Source: an uncultured virus (IMG/VR IMGVR_UViG_3300031088_000645)
Taxonomy: Duplodnaviria; Heunggongvirae; Uroviricota; Caudoviricetes
DNA: 56,397 nucleotides
Strand: one strand, 5' to 3'
Virus record (IMG/VR): IMGVR_UViG_3300031088_000645
This document shows positions 9,419-18,760 of this stretch, piece by piece. A model generated the notes under the pieces. It was not told the origin of the DNA. It did not search any database and saw nothing but the letters and a program-made list of their open reading frames with translations. Every line of letters begins with the position of its first letter. Within the stretch, counting starts at the first letter, position 1. Made by a program: the position numbers and the translations under genes.

Positions 9419-9432
9419 GTGCGGATGTTGTG

Positions 9433-9645
9433 TCAGGAAAGCTCTTCCGCGAGGGCGGTGAACTCGAAGCCGTCGCTGGCTCGGACGATGAACATGCTGC
9501 CGGTCTCGTCGGGAGTGCGGAACTCCGGCGTGCCGACGATGTAGACATCCTGACCGTTGTACTTCATGAAGTTGAGGTTGTCGGTGGAGGACGTGAACAG
9601 CTTGACGAAATCGACCTGAGGGGCGGGAGCGGTTGCAGTGGACAT
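9433..9645 (-). CDS. Small hypothetical protein
   Basis: GAAAGG SD before MSTATAP; ends at terminator. Confidence 0.65.
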   Translation of the reverse strand: MSTATAPAPQVDFVKLFTSSTDNLNFMKYNGQDVYIVGTPEFRTPDETGSMFIVRASDGFEFTALAEELS

Positions 9646-9796
9646 GACGTGTACCTTTCGGTGAAATCAATGAGTGTTGCTTCGTGCTTTTACTATACTC
9701 CCTATCTTGGTAACCGCGCAACTCTGGATTAGAGTGTGTCTATCACCAGACCTCTTTGACTATTCACCGAAGTGCTGGTAGCTTGGTAGGACCACT

Positions 9797-10699
9797 ATGG
9801 AGGAAATCGTGACCTATCAAGCATCGCTCGGTCTGTTGGCTGTTGCCGACGAAGCCGTGTGCGATATGGCTGAGAGGAACCTCACGCTTGGTATCGATGA
9901 CGCGGATGACTACTTCTACCCTCTCGATGAGAGAGTGGCATACCCTAGAACCACGAAGCTAGATGACTTCGTGGCGAGCCTCAAAGATACTCGGGGTGAT
10001 GTCAACGACATCGCTAACTCTCGACTCCGAATGCTCTCACGCTTGAAGCATCACAACTTGGATGATAGCTACATTCCCATGCTTGTCGCTCTTCATCTTC
10101 GGCATGGTGAGTCGCTGTGGAACAGCACGAGCTTCCACGAAGCAACCGGTCTTGCCATCAAGCTCAACGCCGATGACTCACCGACATACTGCCTAGACGA
10201 AGATGGCAAGCTGACGGTGTTTGGTGTCAGCCTCATTGGTAGTCGTGATCTCCCGCTCGGGGCGCTTACCAAGCTTGCAGGTCGTGAATGTAATTGGACT
10301 GTGACGATGGGTGAATTGACCCATTACGTTCAGCGCTCATACGCATCCATCTACAAGAATGCTGACACTCATTCCACGTTTCCTAACAGGATGGATACGC
10401 GCCATAGGCTCAACTCTCCCCGTATGTTGTTCATGATCAACAGGTTTGTCGATGATGACTCGGCAGTGTCGTGGTTCTTCGCTTACCTGAACGACAGAAA
10501 TTTCACGGAGTCTCGTGACAGCGAGTTCACGGATCTCTTGGAGTTCCTATCTGTCGTTGGTCCATCTGGTCGTTTCGATGAGCTTGCCCCGGTGTTTATC
10601 GAAAAGCGGCACCACCTATCACCCCAGGTTATCGCTGAGATGTGCAACCACGACATCGACGAAGCAATCACAGAAAGCTTGTTCTCATACAATGGCTAA
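9797..10699 (+). CDS. Hypothetical protein with shared C-terminal DID module
   Basis: 300-aa ORF; ends EMCNHDIDEAITESLFSYNG. Confidence 0.7.
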   Translation: MEEIVTYQASLGLLAVADEAVCDMAERNLTLGIDDADDYFYPLDERVAYPRTTKLDDFVASLKDTRGDVNDIANSRLRMLSRLKHHNLDDSYIPMLVALHLRHGESLWNSTSFHEATGLAIKLNADDSPTYCLDEDGKLTVFGVSLIGSRDLPLGALTKLAGRECNWTVTMGELTHYVQRSYASIYKNADTHSTFPNRMDTRHRLNSPRMLFMINRFVDDDSAVSWFFAYLNDRNFTESRDSEFTDLLEFLSVVGPSGRFDELAPVFIEKRHHLSPQVIAEMCNHDIDEAITESLFSYNG

Positions 10700-11279
10700 G
10701 GCGCTATGGAGTCATGATGATCAGTGGAGTCAGCACGTTCGTTACGTTGCGGAGTGGGAAACAAAGGAAGATCCCACGGGCGAGCTTCTCACGCTTGCTG
10801 ACTTCCAAAGCATCGATTTCAACTCAATGGGTGCCTTTTCGACTCTTGGTTACTTTGGAGTGAGCTTTGAGTCCTTCAGTAGGTCGATGAAGAAGAACTG
10901 GATTGATGACAACTCGCCCTTGTTTGATGCTGTTGCAGCGAACATCCTTAACGACCCTGACGTTTATGATGCTAGTGACATCGCTATGATCGTCGCGCAT
11001 GACATTACCGCTGTCAAAAATCACCTACGAACGCTCAACCTGACGAGCGTCACAAGCGATTCAGACATGCTTGATTACGTCTTCCTTCTGACTCTTGCGG
11101 GGTCGCCTGACAGGGCAAGCGTCAGATACGTTCATTCACTCACACGCAGGCATGGTGTGCCTGCTGTGGCGAGGATGATCGTTGCCAAGGTGCCGTTCAC
11201 GAGCATAGACAGGTTCATTCAGAATGACATTGACCCCAGTCTCGCCTCAGATATCGCTCTAGGTGCTCAATTCTTGTAG
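10692..11279 (+). CDS. Hypothetical protein with shared C-terminal DID module
   Basis: Start MAKALW overlaps the upstream stop; ends FIQNDIDPSLASDIALGAQFL. Confidence 0.7.
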   Translation: MAKALWSHDDQWSQHVRYVAEWETKEDPTGELLTLADFQSIDFNSMGAFSTLGYFGVSFESFSRSMKKNWIDDNSPLFDAVAANILNDPDVYDASDIAMIVAHDITAVKNHLRTLNLTSVTSDSDMLDYVFLLTLAGSPDRASVRYVHSLTRRHGVPAVARMIVAKVPFTSIDRFIQNDIDPSLASDIALGAQFL

Positions 11280-11310
11280 TGATGCAGTGTTTCTATGAGA
11301 GCATTTTGCT

Positions 11311-11919
11311 ATGCAACCCGACTTCTCAGCCGTAGCACTTCTCGGAATCATCAATCACCGCGATGCTAACGATGCCGCGCAAGAGCCAATCCTCGATAGC
11401 TCAGCGCTCAATTACATCGCTGGCGCGCTTGTCTACATTGAGCTTGCTCGTATTGGTCGCCTTCAGCCGACTGGTAGCGGACAGGATGAGTTCAAGCTGC
11501 TTCCTTCTTCTGGCGAGACCGATCGTGTGACCGGTGAGTTCGTATCGAGCATCCCTGAGGTGTCCAACATCATGGACGATGGCTCGCGTGTAGGCAGCCA
11601 TGCCATCGAGCTTTACTCTGAGTCCATTGAGGCGGGTAGAAGGTCTCCTGACGGGCGCTGGGAGCTAACCAACGGCTTTGCCAAGGTGGCTCGGGGCGAG
11701 GGCACGGGTTCGTACGCTGCTAACGCACTAGCCACCCTCCTTGCGCAGGGTGAGATGGGTCGTATGGTCTCTGGTCTACTCGGTGACACCGACCAGGATT
11801 CCATCAAACAGATTCCCATTCATGAGTCGTTCTGGTCGGGAAGCGTTGAGTCTGTAAGGTTGGGTTACATCTCCGAAATCATCGGTGCGGCGAATACGAC
11901 ACTAAGCAACTTGGGTTGA
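11311..11919 (+). CDS. Hypothetical protein, possibly GPP34/GOLPH3-like; paralog of 45559..46221
   Basis: IAGALVYIELARIG resembles the LAGAxLxEL motif. Confidence 0.5.
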   Translation: MQPDFSAVALLGIINHRDANDAAQEPILDSSALNYIAGALVYIELARIGRLQPTGSGQDEFKLLPSSGETDRVTGEFVSSIPEVSNIMDDGSRVGSHAIELYSESIEAGRRSPDGRWELTNGFAKVARGEGTGSYAANALATLLAQGEMGRMVSGLLGDTDQDSIKQIPIHESFWSGSVESVRLGYISEIIGAANTTLSNLG

Positions 11920-12221
11920 TGCATATGGTTGCTATTGAGCTTCCCAAGTCCAATCTAAGACTCGGATTCTACACTGAATTGGGTCTTGCTGCCGAGAGTA
12001 GATTCAATGGCAAGGTAGACTCTGCTGCCGCCGAGATGTTTCTTCTCTTTGGCGAGACGGAGGCAATCGATATTCCTACCCTGAAAAGCTCGCTTGACTA
12101 CTCTGACGATGTTGTCAATGCAGCAATGTGGTTGCTTATCGATCACGACATCGTGGAGCTATCTTCCATCAGGGATCTGGAAATCACTGATGTGGGTCGT
12201 ATAGCATTAGGCTCCATCTAG
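11919..12221 (+). CDS. Putative winged-helix protein
   Basis: TGATG coupling; helix pattern ending LEITDVGR as in wHTH wings. Confidence 0.45.
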   Translation: MHMVAIELPKSNLRLGFYTELGLAAESRFNGKVDSAAAEMFLLFGETEAIDIPTLKSSLDYSDDVVNAAMWLLIDHDIVELSSIRDLEITDVGRIALGSI

Positions 12222-12262
12222 AGTAGAATTCTGCTAACCTTCGGTCGATAGAAGGAGATGAC

Positions 12263-12547
12263 ATGACATCCAAAGACATCCTTGAGTTCGTCAAAGACAA
12301 CTCGGAGGTTTACGACGAGGAATGGCTTCCGGTAATCGCTCGTACTCATGTGAAGCTTCTCTACATCGACCCTAACTACCAGATCCTACAGATCAAGGAG
12401 AAGTTCGGTGGTCTCCGTTACTACTACTCATCAGAGTTCAGCTTCGGAGATCCAGAACGCGACCTGATGGAAAGTATCGTCACTAGCGCAGAAGACCAGA
12501 TTGAAGAAATCGAGCGGGTAAGAAGCGAGAAGCGAAAGAATGCCTAA
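12263..12547 (+). CDS. Conserved phage-type hypothetical protein
   Basis: QIKEKFGGLRYY motif common in phage proteins; AAGGAG SD. Confidence 0.7.
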   Translation: MTSKDILEFVKDNSEVYDEEWLPVIARTHVKLLYIDPNYQILQIKEKFGGLRYYYSSEFSFGDPERDLMESIVTSAEDQIEEIERVRSEKRKNA

Positions 12548-13127
12548 CCAGCGCATCAAGATGAGTCCGATGGGACCGTCATTCAACATCAATCCTGACC
12601 ATCACGTTGAGGCACTCCATGAGTGGGAAGAGGGTACCTTCTTGCAGGGTGGTGACAGGGGTATCGTCGTCACGCGAGACCCAGAGAACCCCACCTACCG
12701 CACTGCATTCGTTGAAGCCTTTCCTCCCAGTAGCGGATTCTTCCGAGGTGAAGGTTCCAGCATTGCAGAGGCAGAGAAGAATGCGTGGGACAAGTGGAGA
12801 CGTTCTGAGGAATGCCCTGGTCATGAATGGGATGCTCGCGGATATACCAACGGCGGCGGGTTCTGCAAGATCTGCAAGAGGTTTGGATCTAACGTCTTCA
12901 CCGGAGAACAGCTAGGTCAGTTCTGCGCGACGTGTGGTGTCGGTACCACCTACGGCAATGTAGGGATGGATAAGGACAACAAGGTGTGGTACTGCAAAGA
13001 ACATATTGACGTGGCGCACAGGAGCCTGTACGACATCCTGCTCGCTATTCCCGAGGATGAGCGCACAGAGTCACAGCGGATGCAGTTCAGCCATCTCAGC
13101 TTCCTTTTGAGCGATGATGACGAGTAA
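12540..13127 (+). CDS. Cys-rich hypothetical protein (putative Zn binding)
   Basis: FVEAFP...RGEG, CxxH, CxxC, CxxC, CxxH. Confidence 0.65.
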   Translation: MPNQRIKMSPMGPSFNINPDHHVEALHEWEEGTFLQGGDRGIVVTRDPENPTYRTAFVEAFPPSSGFFRGEGSSIAEAEKNAWDKWRRSEECPGHEWDARGYTNGGGFCKICKRFGSNVFTGEQLGQFCATCGVGTTYGNVGMDKDNKVWYCKEHIDVAHRSLYDILLAIPEDERTESQRMQFSHLSFLLSDDDE

Positions 13128-13140
13128 CACCCGTCGAGCG

Positions 13141-13569
13141 CTATTCGGTGAGTAGGAACCAACCCCGATAACCCTGAGGGATGTTCGGGTGGTTCTCAAG
13201 CATCTCCTTCAAGAACGGCAATCGAGCGTTCTGCATTGCTTCGTCATCGGCATATGGCTTCGCCCACCATGACGCTTTGCCGTCCCAGCATCCTTCTGGG
13301 TTACCGCCGTATCGAGCGGTCTTGATGTTGGCGATAAAGTCGTCTATTGACCAAGGGTGCTGCACATCGATGCTGCCATCCCATAGCGTTCCGGTGAATG
13401 CACCGAGGCGACCGTTACTGCGCTTGCTGAACCAGACCGCCTGCACGCTGTAACGCACATAGTCTTTACCACCACTGACGGAGCCGGGTGTGAGGTCCGC
13501 CACTAGTGAACTTTCATCAATGGCGTAGAGCTTTTTGGAAGCGCGGAAGTCGTACGGGATGAGAGGCAT
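13141..13569 (-). CDS. Hypothetical protein
   Basis: 142-aa ORF; leaderless TATCCT-N7-ATG. Confidence 0.65.
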   Translation of the reverse strand: MPLIPYDFRASKKLYAIDESSLVADLTPGSVSGGKDYVRYSVQAVWFSKRSNGRLGAFTGTLWDGSIDVQHPWSIDDFIANIKTARYGGNPEGCWDGKASWWAKPYADDEAMQNARLPFLKEMLENHPNIPQGYRGWFLLTE

Positions 13570-13673
13570 GTAAGAGAGGATACCTCATGCGCTTGAAACA
13601 ACCAAATAGTCAAAATTGATTGTTTTTGGTCAAAAACGTAAACAACGTACCTAGCTGGTGTTATGGTCTGCTC

Positions 13674-14309
13674 ATGACATCACCTAGAAATCGCAATCTT
13701 GTTTCTTACTTCGCTCAGAAGACTACCCTTTCAGAAGGACCAACGCCGCCACCCACCTCCAACGCGGAGCTACAGGAGTCTACCGCTGAGACAATGGAGC
13801 GCGTAATCAATGCAAGCGGTAACATCATTGAACTCATTAACACCATCAGCAAACTCAATACCCAGTTCGATACCGAACCAACAGATCAAGACGTTCTGCG
13901 TTCGATTAACCTGTTGTTAGAGATACGAGACCTAATTGATGAAGAGGTGAGCTATCAGGCTGCCGTGTTATCCGTGGCGGAGTCGGGCACACTGTCGAAT
14001 AGGGAGATTGCCTCTGTAGCAAGACTTGCGCCAGCTACTCTTTCAAAGATCGTCAAAGGGTATCAGGAGCAAGTAAATGATGTATGGTCCAGCGCCGTGA
14101 AAAGGAGATGGGGGTTCACCCCTGAGAGCGTTGATGCCGTTGCTGAGTGCGAGCATCAGAAGTTTCTTAGCGATAAGAACGAACTGATCAATCAGATGTC
14201 CGTCGAAAGAATGAAGTACGTAAACTCTCTTCCTGAGGACCAGCAAAAAGAATTCTGGGAGAAGGAAGTTTCGATTGAACGTGTACAAGGCAGGCTTAAA
14301 AGGGTATAG
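13674..14309 (+). CDS. Putative HTH DNA-binding protein
   Basis: LSNREIASVARLAPATLSKIV is HTH-like; leaderless TATGGT-N6-ATG. Confidence 0.55.
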   Translation: MTSPRNRNLVSYFAQKTTLSEGPTPPPTSNAELQESTAETMERVINASGNIIELINTISKLNTQFDTEPTDQDVLRSINLLLEIRDLIDEEVSYQAAVLSVAESGTLSNREIASVARLAPATLSKIVKGYQEQVNDVWSSAVKRRWGFTPESVDAVAECEHQKFLSDKNELINQMSVERMKYVNSLPEDQQKEFWEKEVSIERVQGRLKRV

Positions 14310-14407
14310 CGGTCACAGCAGTATGACTTTGATGTAGGCGCACGTTACATTCTCATGAAATCTACCAAAACATGAATGGATGTCAAGTTTCGATGTCATC
14401 ATGAGAT

Positions 14408-15010
14408 ATGACTCCGACACAGCCGCCAGGGTGGTACCTGCTGAATCAAGAAGATCGACAAGCTCAGTATTGGAATGGGCAGTCTTTCACTGGTGACATG
14501 TCCCCGCGATTCAACCATGACTTCCCGGTATTCGATGCTGGTCTTGGCACACAAACGAGTCGCAGACGGTCACCTCGTAGAGCGCAACAACCTCGACAGA
14601 GACTGATACTTACTGGACCCACAACAGGTAACGCTCGTGTGGATGCGGTGGGAAATGGCATACGAAACGTCTTCATGGCTTTTGTGTTTGCGTTTATAGC
14701 CATCGTGTTCGTGTCCTGTTCGATAGCTGTGGCTACAAGCGGAGGTCAGGATGACCTAGCAAGTACATCTGAACCAACGTCACAGGAAGTAGCGGTTGAA
14801 CCAGTGCCAGAACCTGTTGTGGAGCAGCCACCGGTTGTGCCTGAACCAGCGCCGGTAGTAGCACCTCCGGCTCCCGTAGCACCTCCGGTGTCGTACAAAA
14901 ACTGTGCTGCTGTTCATGCGGCGGGAAAGCCTTACATCATGCCAAACGAACCGGGCTGGCAAGATAGATTTGACGGTCACCCCAAGAATGGTATTGGTTG
15001 CGACGGATAA
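14408..15010 (+). CDS. DUF2510-like + TM + Pro-rich linker + Excalibur-like domain protein
   Basis: PPGWY...YWNG at N-terminus; YKNCAAVHAAG...DGHPKNGIGCD at C-terminus. Confidence 0.75.
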   Translation: MTPTQPPGWYLLNQEDRQAQYWNGQSFTGDMSPRFNHDFPVFDAGLGTQTSRRRSPRRAQQPRQRLILTGPTTGNARVDAVGNGIRNVFMAFVFAFIAIVFVSCSIAVATSGGQDDLASTSEPTSQEVAVEPVPEPVVEQPPVVPEPAPVVAPPAPVAPPVSYKNCAAVHAAGKPYIMPNEPGWQDRFDGHPKNGIGCDG

Positions 15011-15021
15011 ATCATCTCAAT

Positions 15022-15071
15022 AAACAAGCTCGGATGGTTGATCACATCAGATCAACCATCCGAGCTTGTTT
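15022..15071. terminator. Long bidirectional terminator hairpin
   Basis: AAACAAGCTCGGATGGTTGATC/GATCAACCATCCGAGCTTGTTT between convergent genes. Confidence 0.75.
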
Positions 15072-15586
15072 CAGTTCAAAACGTATGCGTCAAAGATGAT
15101 GAACAGTACAAGAAGCACGTTCGCGACCATCATTCCGAGGATGACGGAGAACACTGCTGACTGACCTATGACCGGTAGAACCGAATCCTTGAACGTCAGC
15201 TTGGTATGACCGATTCCCTCATTGAACGCAGTGTGCAGCCACTCTTGGAAGGTCATCTCACCCAGCCTCTTGTTGCGCTCCACATGCGCACTCAGTGAGT
15301 CTGGATCTTCAACCTCGAATCCCATCGTCCCTTCGGTCGTTTCATCGAAGAACGTGTTTTCGAGACTGTACACCTCGTGATGCACTTCGTACTCCGCCCT
15401 CATTGCATGAAGGAAGAACAGTATCGGTATGACCGCTAGACCGATGAGACCACCTAGTAGGTAGACCCACCAGAAGACGTGTCCGTAGCGGTAGAAGGAG
15501 ATGGCGACAAAGAGGAAGCTGGATAGCACGAAGAAGTAGGTTCCGGGTGTGAACCTGACGCTCACTACTCTCTGTTCGCTACTCAT
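15071..15586 (-). CDS. Membrane protein
   Basis: Three hydrophobic segments; leaderless TAATCT-N6-ATG. Confidence 0.65.
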   Translation of the reverse strand: MSSEQRVVSVRFTPGTYFFVLSSFLFVAISFYRYGHVFWWVYLLGGLIGLAVIPILFFLHAMRAEYEVHHEVYSLENTFFDETTEGTMGFEVEDPDSLSAHVERNKRLGEMTFQEWLHTAFNEGIGHTKLTFKDSVLPVIGQSAVFSVILGMMVANVLLVLFIIFDAYVLN

Positions 15587-15815
15587 CGATACAGATTATC
15601 ACGTCCCAATTGGGCAACAGCTTGTTGCGCAAATCGTTAGCTGAGTACATGAGACGGATTGACTGAAAAGAAGCCGATAATCATGCACTTTATGCAACAT
15701 TGACGAAGTTGTCCTTTATAGTTGCCTTCGATCAACTAAGTGCGAGTTCGTTACGTGTGGCAAAGAAGCTTCCGATAGAGGCTTGCAACCCACATTCACA
15801 GTAAGGAACTCACCT

Positions 15816-17444
15816 ATGTCCGCAGTGGCAGATACTAAAGAAGCCTCTCATGGCTACGACATCTTCTACAACCACCCCCGTAAGCTCTGGGCAATCCTTG
15901 GGACACTGATGGTCGCTATGTTGCTATCAGCACTCGACCAGATGATTTTCTCGACAGCACTACCCACCATCGTTGGAGAACTAAATGGTGTCGAGCACAT
16001 GCTTTGGGTCACCACAGCCTACATTATGGCGGTAACTATCAGCATGCCGTTGTACGGAAAACTCAGCGACCTCATCGGTAGGAAGCCACTGCTTCTCATC
16101 GGTATCGGTCTGTTCCTTGCTGGCTCAGTTGTTGGTGGACTTGCTAACGACATGGGCACACTCATCACTGGACGCGCCATTCAAGGTCTCGGCGGTGGTG
16201 GTTTGATGATTCTCGCGCAGGCAACCATTTCCGACCTCGTACCCGTTGCCAAGCGCGGAAAGTACATGGGTTTCATCGGAGGTATCTTCGGACTGGCTTC
16301 TGTACTAGGTCCGCTGCTCGGTGGTTACTTCACTGACGGCATCGGCTGGCGCTGGGCGTTCTGGATGAACATTCCTCTTGGAATCATCGCCATCGCCTTA
16401 GTCATCGCCTTCTTGCAGACTCCGTTTGAGCGCATCAAGTCTAAGTTCGATGTGCTGGGAACCATCACAATGGTCATCGCTGTGTCGTCACTGGTTCTCT
16501 TCACTTCATGGGGTGGTACGCAGTACGACTGGAACTCCGGAATCATCCTCGGTCTCATCGCGTCGTTCGTCGTATTCACCGCGCTGTTCATCTTGGTAGA
16601 GACCAAGGCAACCGATCCTCTCATCCCGCTCAGGTTCTTCAAGAGTCGCAACTTCTCTCTTGCTGCCGCCGCTGGACTCATCGTGGGAATCATGATGTTC
16701 GGAGCTTTGGCTTACCTACCGACCTACTTGCAGATTGTCAACGGTCTCGGTGCCACCAACTCTGGTCTCTTGCTCTTGCCTATGATGGGTGGACTCATCG
16801 TCATGTCTATCGTCAGCGGTCAGATTGTCAGCAAGACGGGTAACTACAAGGTGCTCCCTATCGTCGGTTTCGCAGTCATTGGTGTTGCTCTGTTCCTCTT
16901 CTCCACTCTTACGCCTGACGTTCCGCTCTGGCAGACCAGCGTATACATGGTGACCTTAGGTTCCGGTATTGGTATGATCATGCAGCAGATTGTGCTCATT
17001 GTGCAGCAGTCGGTTCCTCGTAGCTCGCTTGGTACAGCCACAAGCACATCTGGGTTCACCCGTGAAATCGGTGCCGCTCTTGGTGGAAGCTTTGTTGGTG
17101 CAGTCTTCACCAACAACCTCACCTCCCTCCTATCGGAGCGTTTGCCTGCCGAAGCTCTACAGGGTAAGGGTATGGATTCGCTCACCCCGGGTATCATTGA
17201 GGCTCTTCCTGACAACATCAGGACCATCATCGTGTCGTCTTACAACGATGCTCTGACTCCGGTGTTCGGCTACCTAATTCCACTGGCTGTCATCGCACTG
17301 ATCGGTATGTGCTTCGTCAAGCAGCAGAAGATTGTCGATACCGGTGAAGAAGTGCACATGAGTGACAGAATTGTAGACGCTATGACGGATACCAGTCCTA
17401 TTCGAACCGACTTCAAGACGGGTTCTATCCCTACTCGCTCGTAA
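15816..17444 (+). CDS. MFS drug/metabolite exporter, DHA2 (EmrB/QacA) family
   Basis: LSALDQMIFSTALP, motif A GKLSDLIGRK, GRAIQGLGGG, GPLLGG, WRWAFWMNIP; about 14 TMs. Confidence 0.92.
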   Translation: MSAVADTKEASHGYDIFYNHPRKLWAILGTLMVAMLLSALDQMIFSTALPTIVGELNGVEHMLWVTTAYIMAVTISMPLYGKLSDLIGRKPLLLIGIGLFLAGSVVGGLANDMGTLITGRAIQGLGGGGLMILAQATISDLVPVAKRGKYMGFIGGIFGLASVLGPLLGGYFTDGIGWRWAFWMNIPLGIIAIALVIAFLQTPFERIKSKFDVLGTITMVIAVSSLVLFTSWGGTQYDWNSGIILGLIASFVVFTALFILVETKATDPLIPLRFFKSRNFSLAAAAGLIVGIMMFGALAYLPTYLQIVNGLGATNSGLLLLPMMGGLIVMSIVSGQIVSKTGNYKVLPIVGFAVIGVALFLFSTLTPDVPLWQTSVYMVTLGSGIGMIMQQIVLIVQQSVPRSSLGTATSTSGFTREIGAALGGSFVGAVFTNNLTSLLSERLPAEALQGKGMDSLTPGIIEALPDNIRTIIVSSYNDALTPVFGYLIPLAVIALIGMCFVKQQKIVDTGEEVHMSDRIVDAMTDTSPIRTDFKTGSIPTRS

Positions 17445-17447
17445 GAG

Positions 17448-17482
17448 AAAAGCCCCGGAGATGATTACTCCGGGGCTTTCTT
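17448..17482. terminator. Bidirectional intrinsic terminator
   Basis: AAAGCCCCGGAG/CTCCGGGGCTTT. Confidence 0.75.
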
Positions 17483-18145
17483 CTAGTCGTCTTCCGACTC
17501 GTGAACTTCGAACTGGAAGTCCACGTCATCGTAAGGATCGACCTCCATGTCTGCCGTTCCTTCGAAGTTGTAGATATGTCCGTTCACACGGTGCTGAGGA
17601 ACGATGGTTAGTCGAGGGCTACCTTCGATGGTGATGTGCGGTGTGCTGCCCTGGTGGCACATCACGACAACGTTAGCGGTTCCTGAGACGGTAAGGTGCG
17701 TCTCTCCCGAGTTAGTCAGTGCGATGACAGCATTGCCGCTGTCTACTCGGAGGTTCGGCACATCAGCCCTAGCTCGTACGATGATGGGCGTGCCATCCTT
17801 GGGCGGAACGATAGTGAAGTCGCTGCTTTGGTTGGTGTTGTCGTCGGTGAGTTCGACCCAACGCACCTTTCCGTTGGACTGCGTACCATCGGCATCGTTG
17901 ATCAGATGGATGGACTCTCCAACACTGCCACCTTCACTTACAGCGTCATCGGTGAAGTCGAAATCATCGACGTAGCTCTGGGGGAAGTAAGGCGCTCCCT
18001 TACCTGGGTGGTGAATGAGGTTCACGGGTACGACAAGGCGGGGCACATCAGGAAGCTGACGGGAAGTAGTTGCGCCCTCTACCTTCTTGTGGACGTGAGT
18101 AGCCTTACCGTTCTTGTCAACGATGGGTGTCTTCTCGGTTGCCAT
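17483..18145 (-). CDS. IVDKNG-tagged protein, beta-rich unknown domain
   Basis: Starts MATEKTPIVDKNGKATHVHKK; GAAAGG SD. Confidence 0.7.
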   Translation of the reverse strand: MATEKTPIVDKNGKATHVHKKVEGATTSRQLPDVPRLVVPVNLIHHPGKGAPYFPQSYVDDFDFTDDAVSEGGSVGESIHLINDADGTQSNGKVRWVELTDDNTNQSSDFTIVPPKDGTPIIVRARADVPNLRVDSGNAVIALTNSGETHLTVSGTANVVVMCHQGSTPHITIEGSPRLTIVPQHRVNGHIYNFEGTADMEVDPYDDVDFQFEVHESEDD

Positions 18146-18171
18146 GATGATGCCTTTCGTATGTCGGTGAG

Positions 18172-18681
18172 TTAGTACAAGGGTTCTATCTCGGTGTGCT
18201 TTTCAGCAGTCTCGTGCAGCCCATAAGCTATTTCGAGTGGCTCTATTTCGAAGTCTGGTTCCACTCCCGATAGTTTAGAGAGGAACGGCTTTGCCGGTTC
18301 GAGATGATCGCCGCCCCACCTTGATAGTAGCCCCTTCTCGGTGTGAATACCCTCAATGTCGATGAGCCTTCCATCAGGTAGCCGGTTAACCATGTGCATC
18401 CACGGCGCACCTTCATCGATGCCCTCGGGAACCATCACGGCAACAGCCTCCCAGCCAAATTCACCCTCGGCAGTAGCGGCAAGTAGCCAGCAGTCACCTG
18501 ATGTGAACGCTTCTAGTTCAAGTGGATCAGTATCGAACTCGATGAATGGTTCTTGTGTGGTCTGGATGCTAGGCGTTAGCTCTGCGACTCGACTGGTCGT
18601 TGCTGAATCAGCGACATCGTTGTTGCGATGAACAGTCGTGTGCTTGCCATTCTTGTCGATGATGGCGGTGGGTGTTGTCAC
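18172..18681 (-). CDS. IVDKNG-tagged protein with papain/transglutaminase-like Cys-His-Asp motif
   Basis: GTG start after AAGGAG; AIIDKNGKHTTVH; FTSGDCWLLA...WMHMV...LIDIEG. Confidence 0.65.
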   Translation of the reverse strand: MTTPTAIIDKNGKHTTVHRNNDVADSATTSRVAELTPSIQTTQEPFIEFDTDPLELEAFTSGDCWLLAATAEGEFGWEAVAVMVPEGIDEGAPWMHMVNRLPDGRLIDIEGIHTEKGLLSRWGGDHLEPAKPFLSKLSGVEPDFEIEPLEIAYGLHETAEKHTEIEPLY

Positions 18682-18760
18682 TGATGCTCCTTGATGTAGC
18701 TCAATACTACCATCGGTATATGACAGCAGGGGTAGCGGGTACAATGAGGTAAAGGAGGAC

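Noticed and set aside
5338..17482. AAGCCCCGG...CCGGGGCTT hairpins (5341, 9383, 17450) as dispersed type I-E CRISPR repeats
   Set aside because: Loops differ, copies are kilobases apart and sit between convergent genes with A/T tails, so they fit bidirectional terminators.
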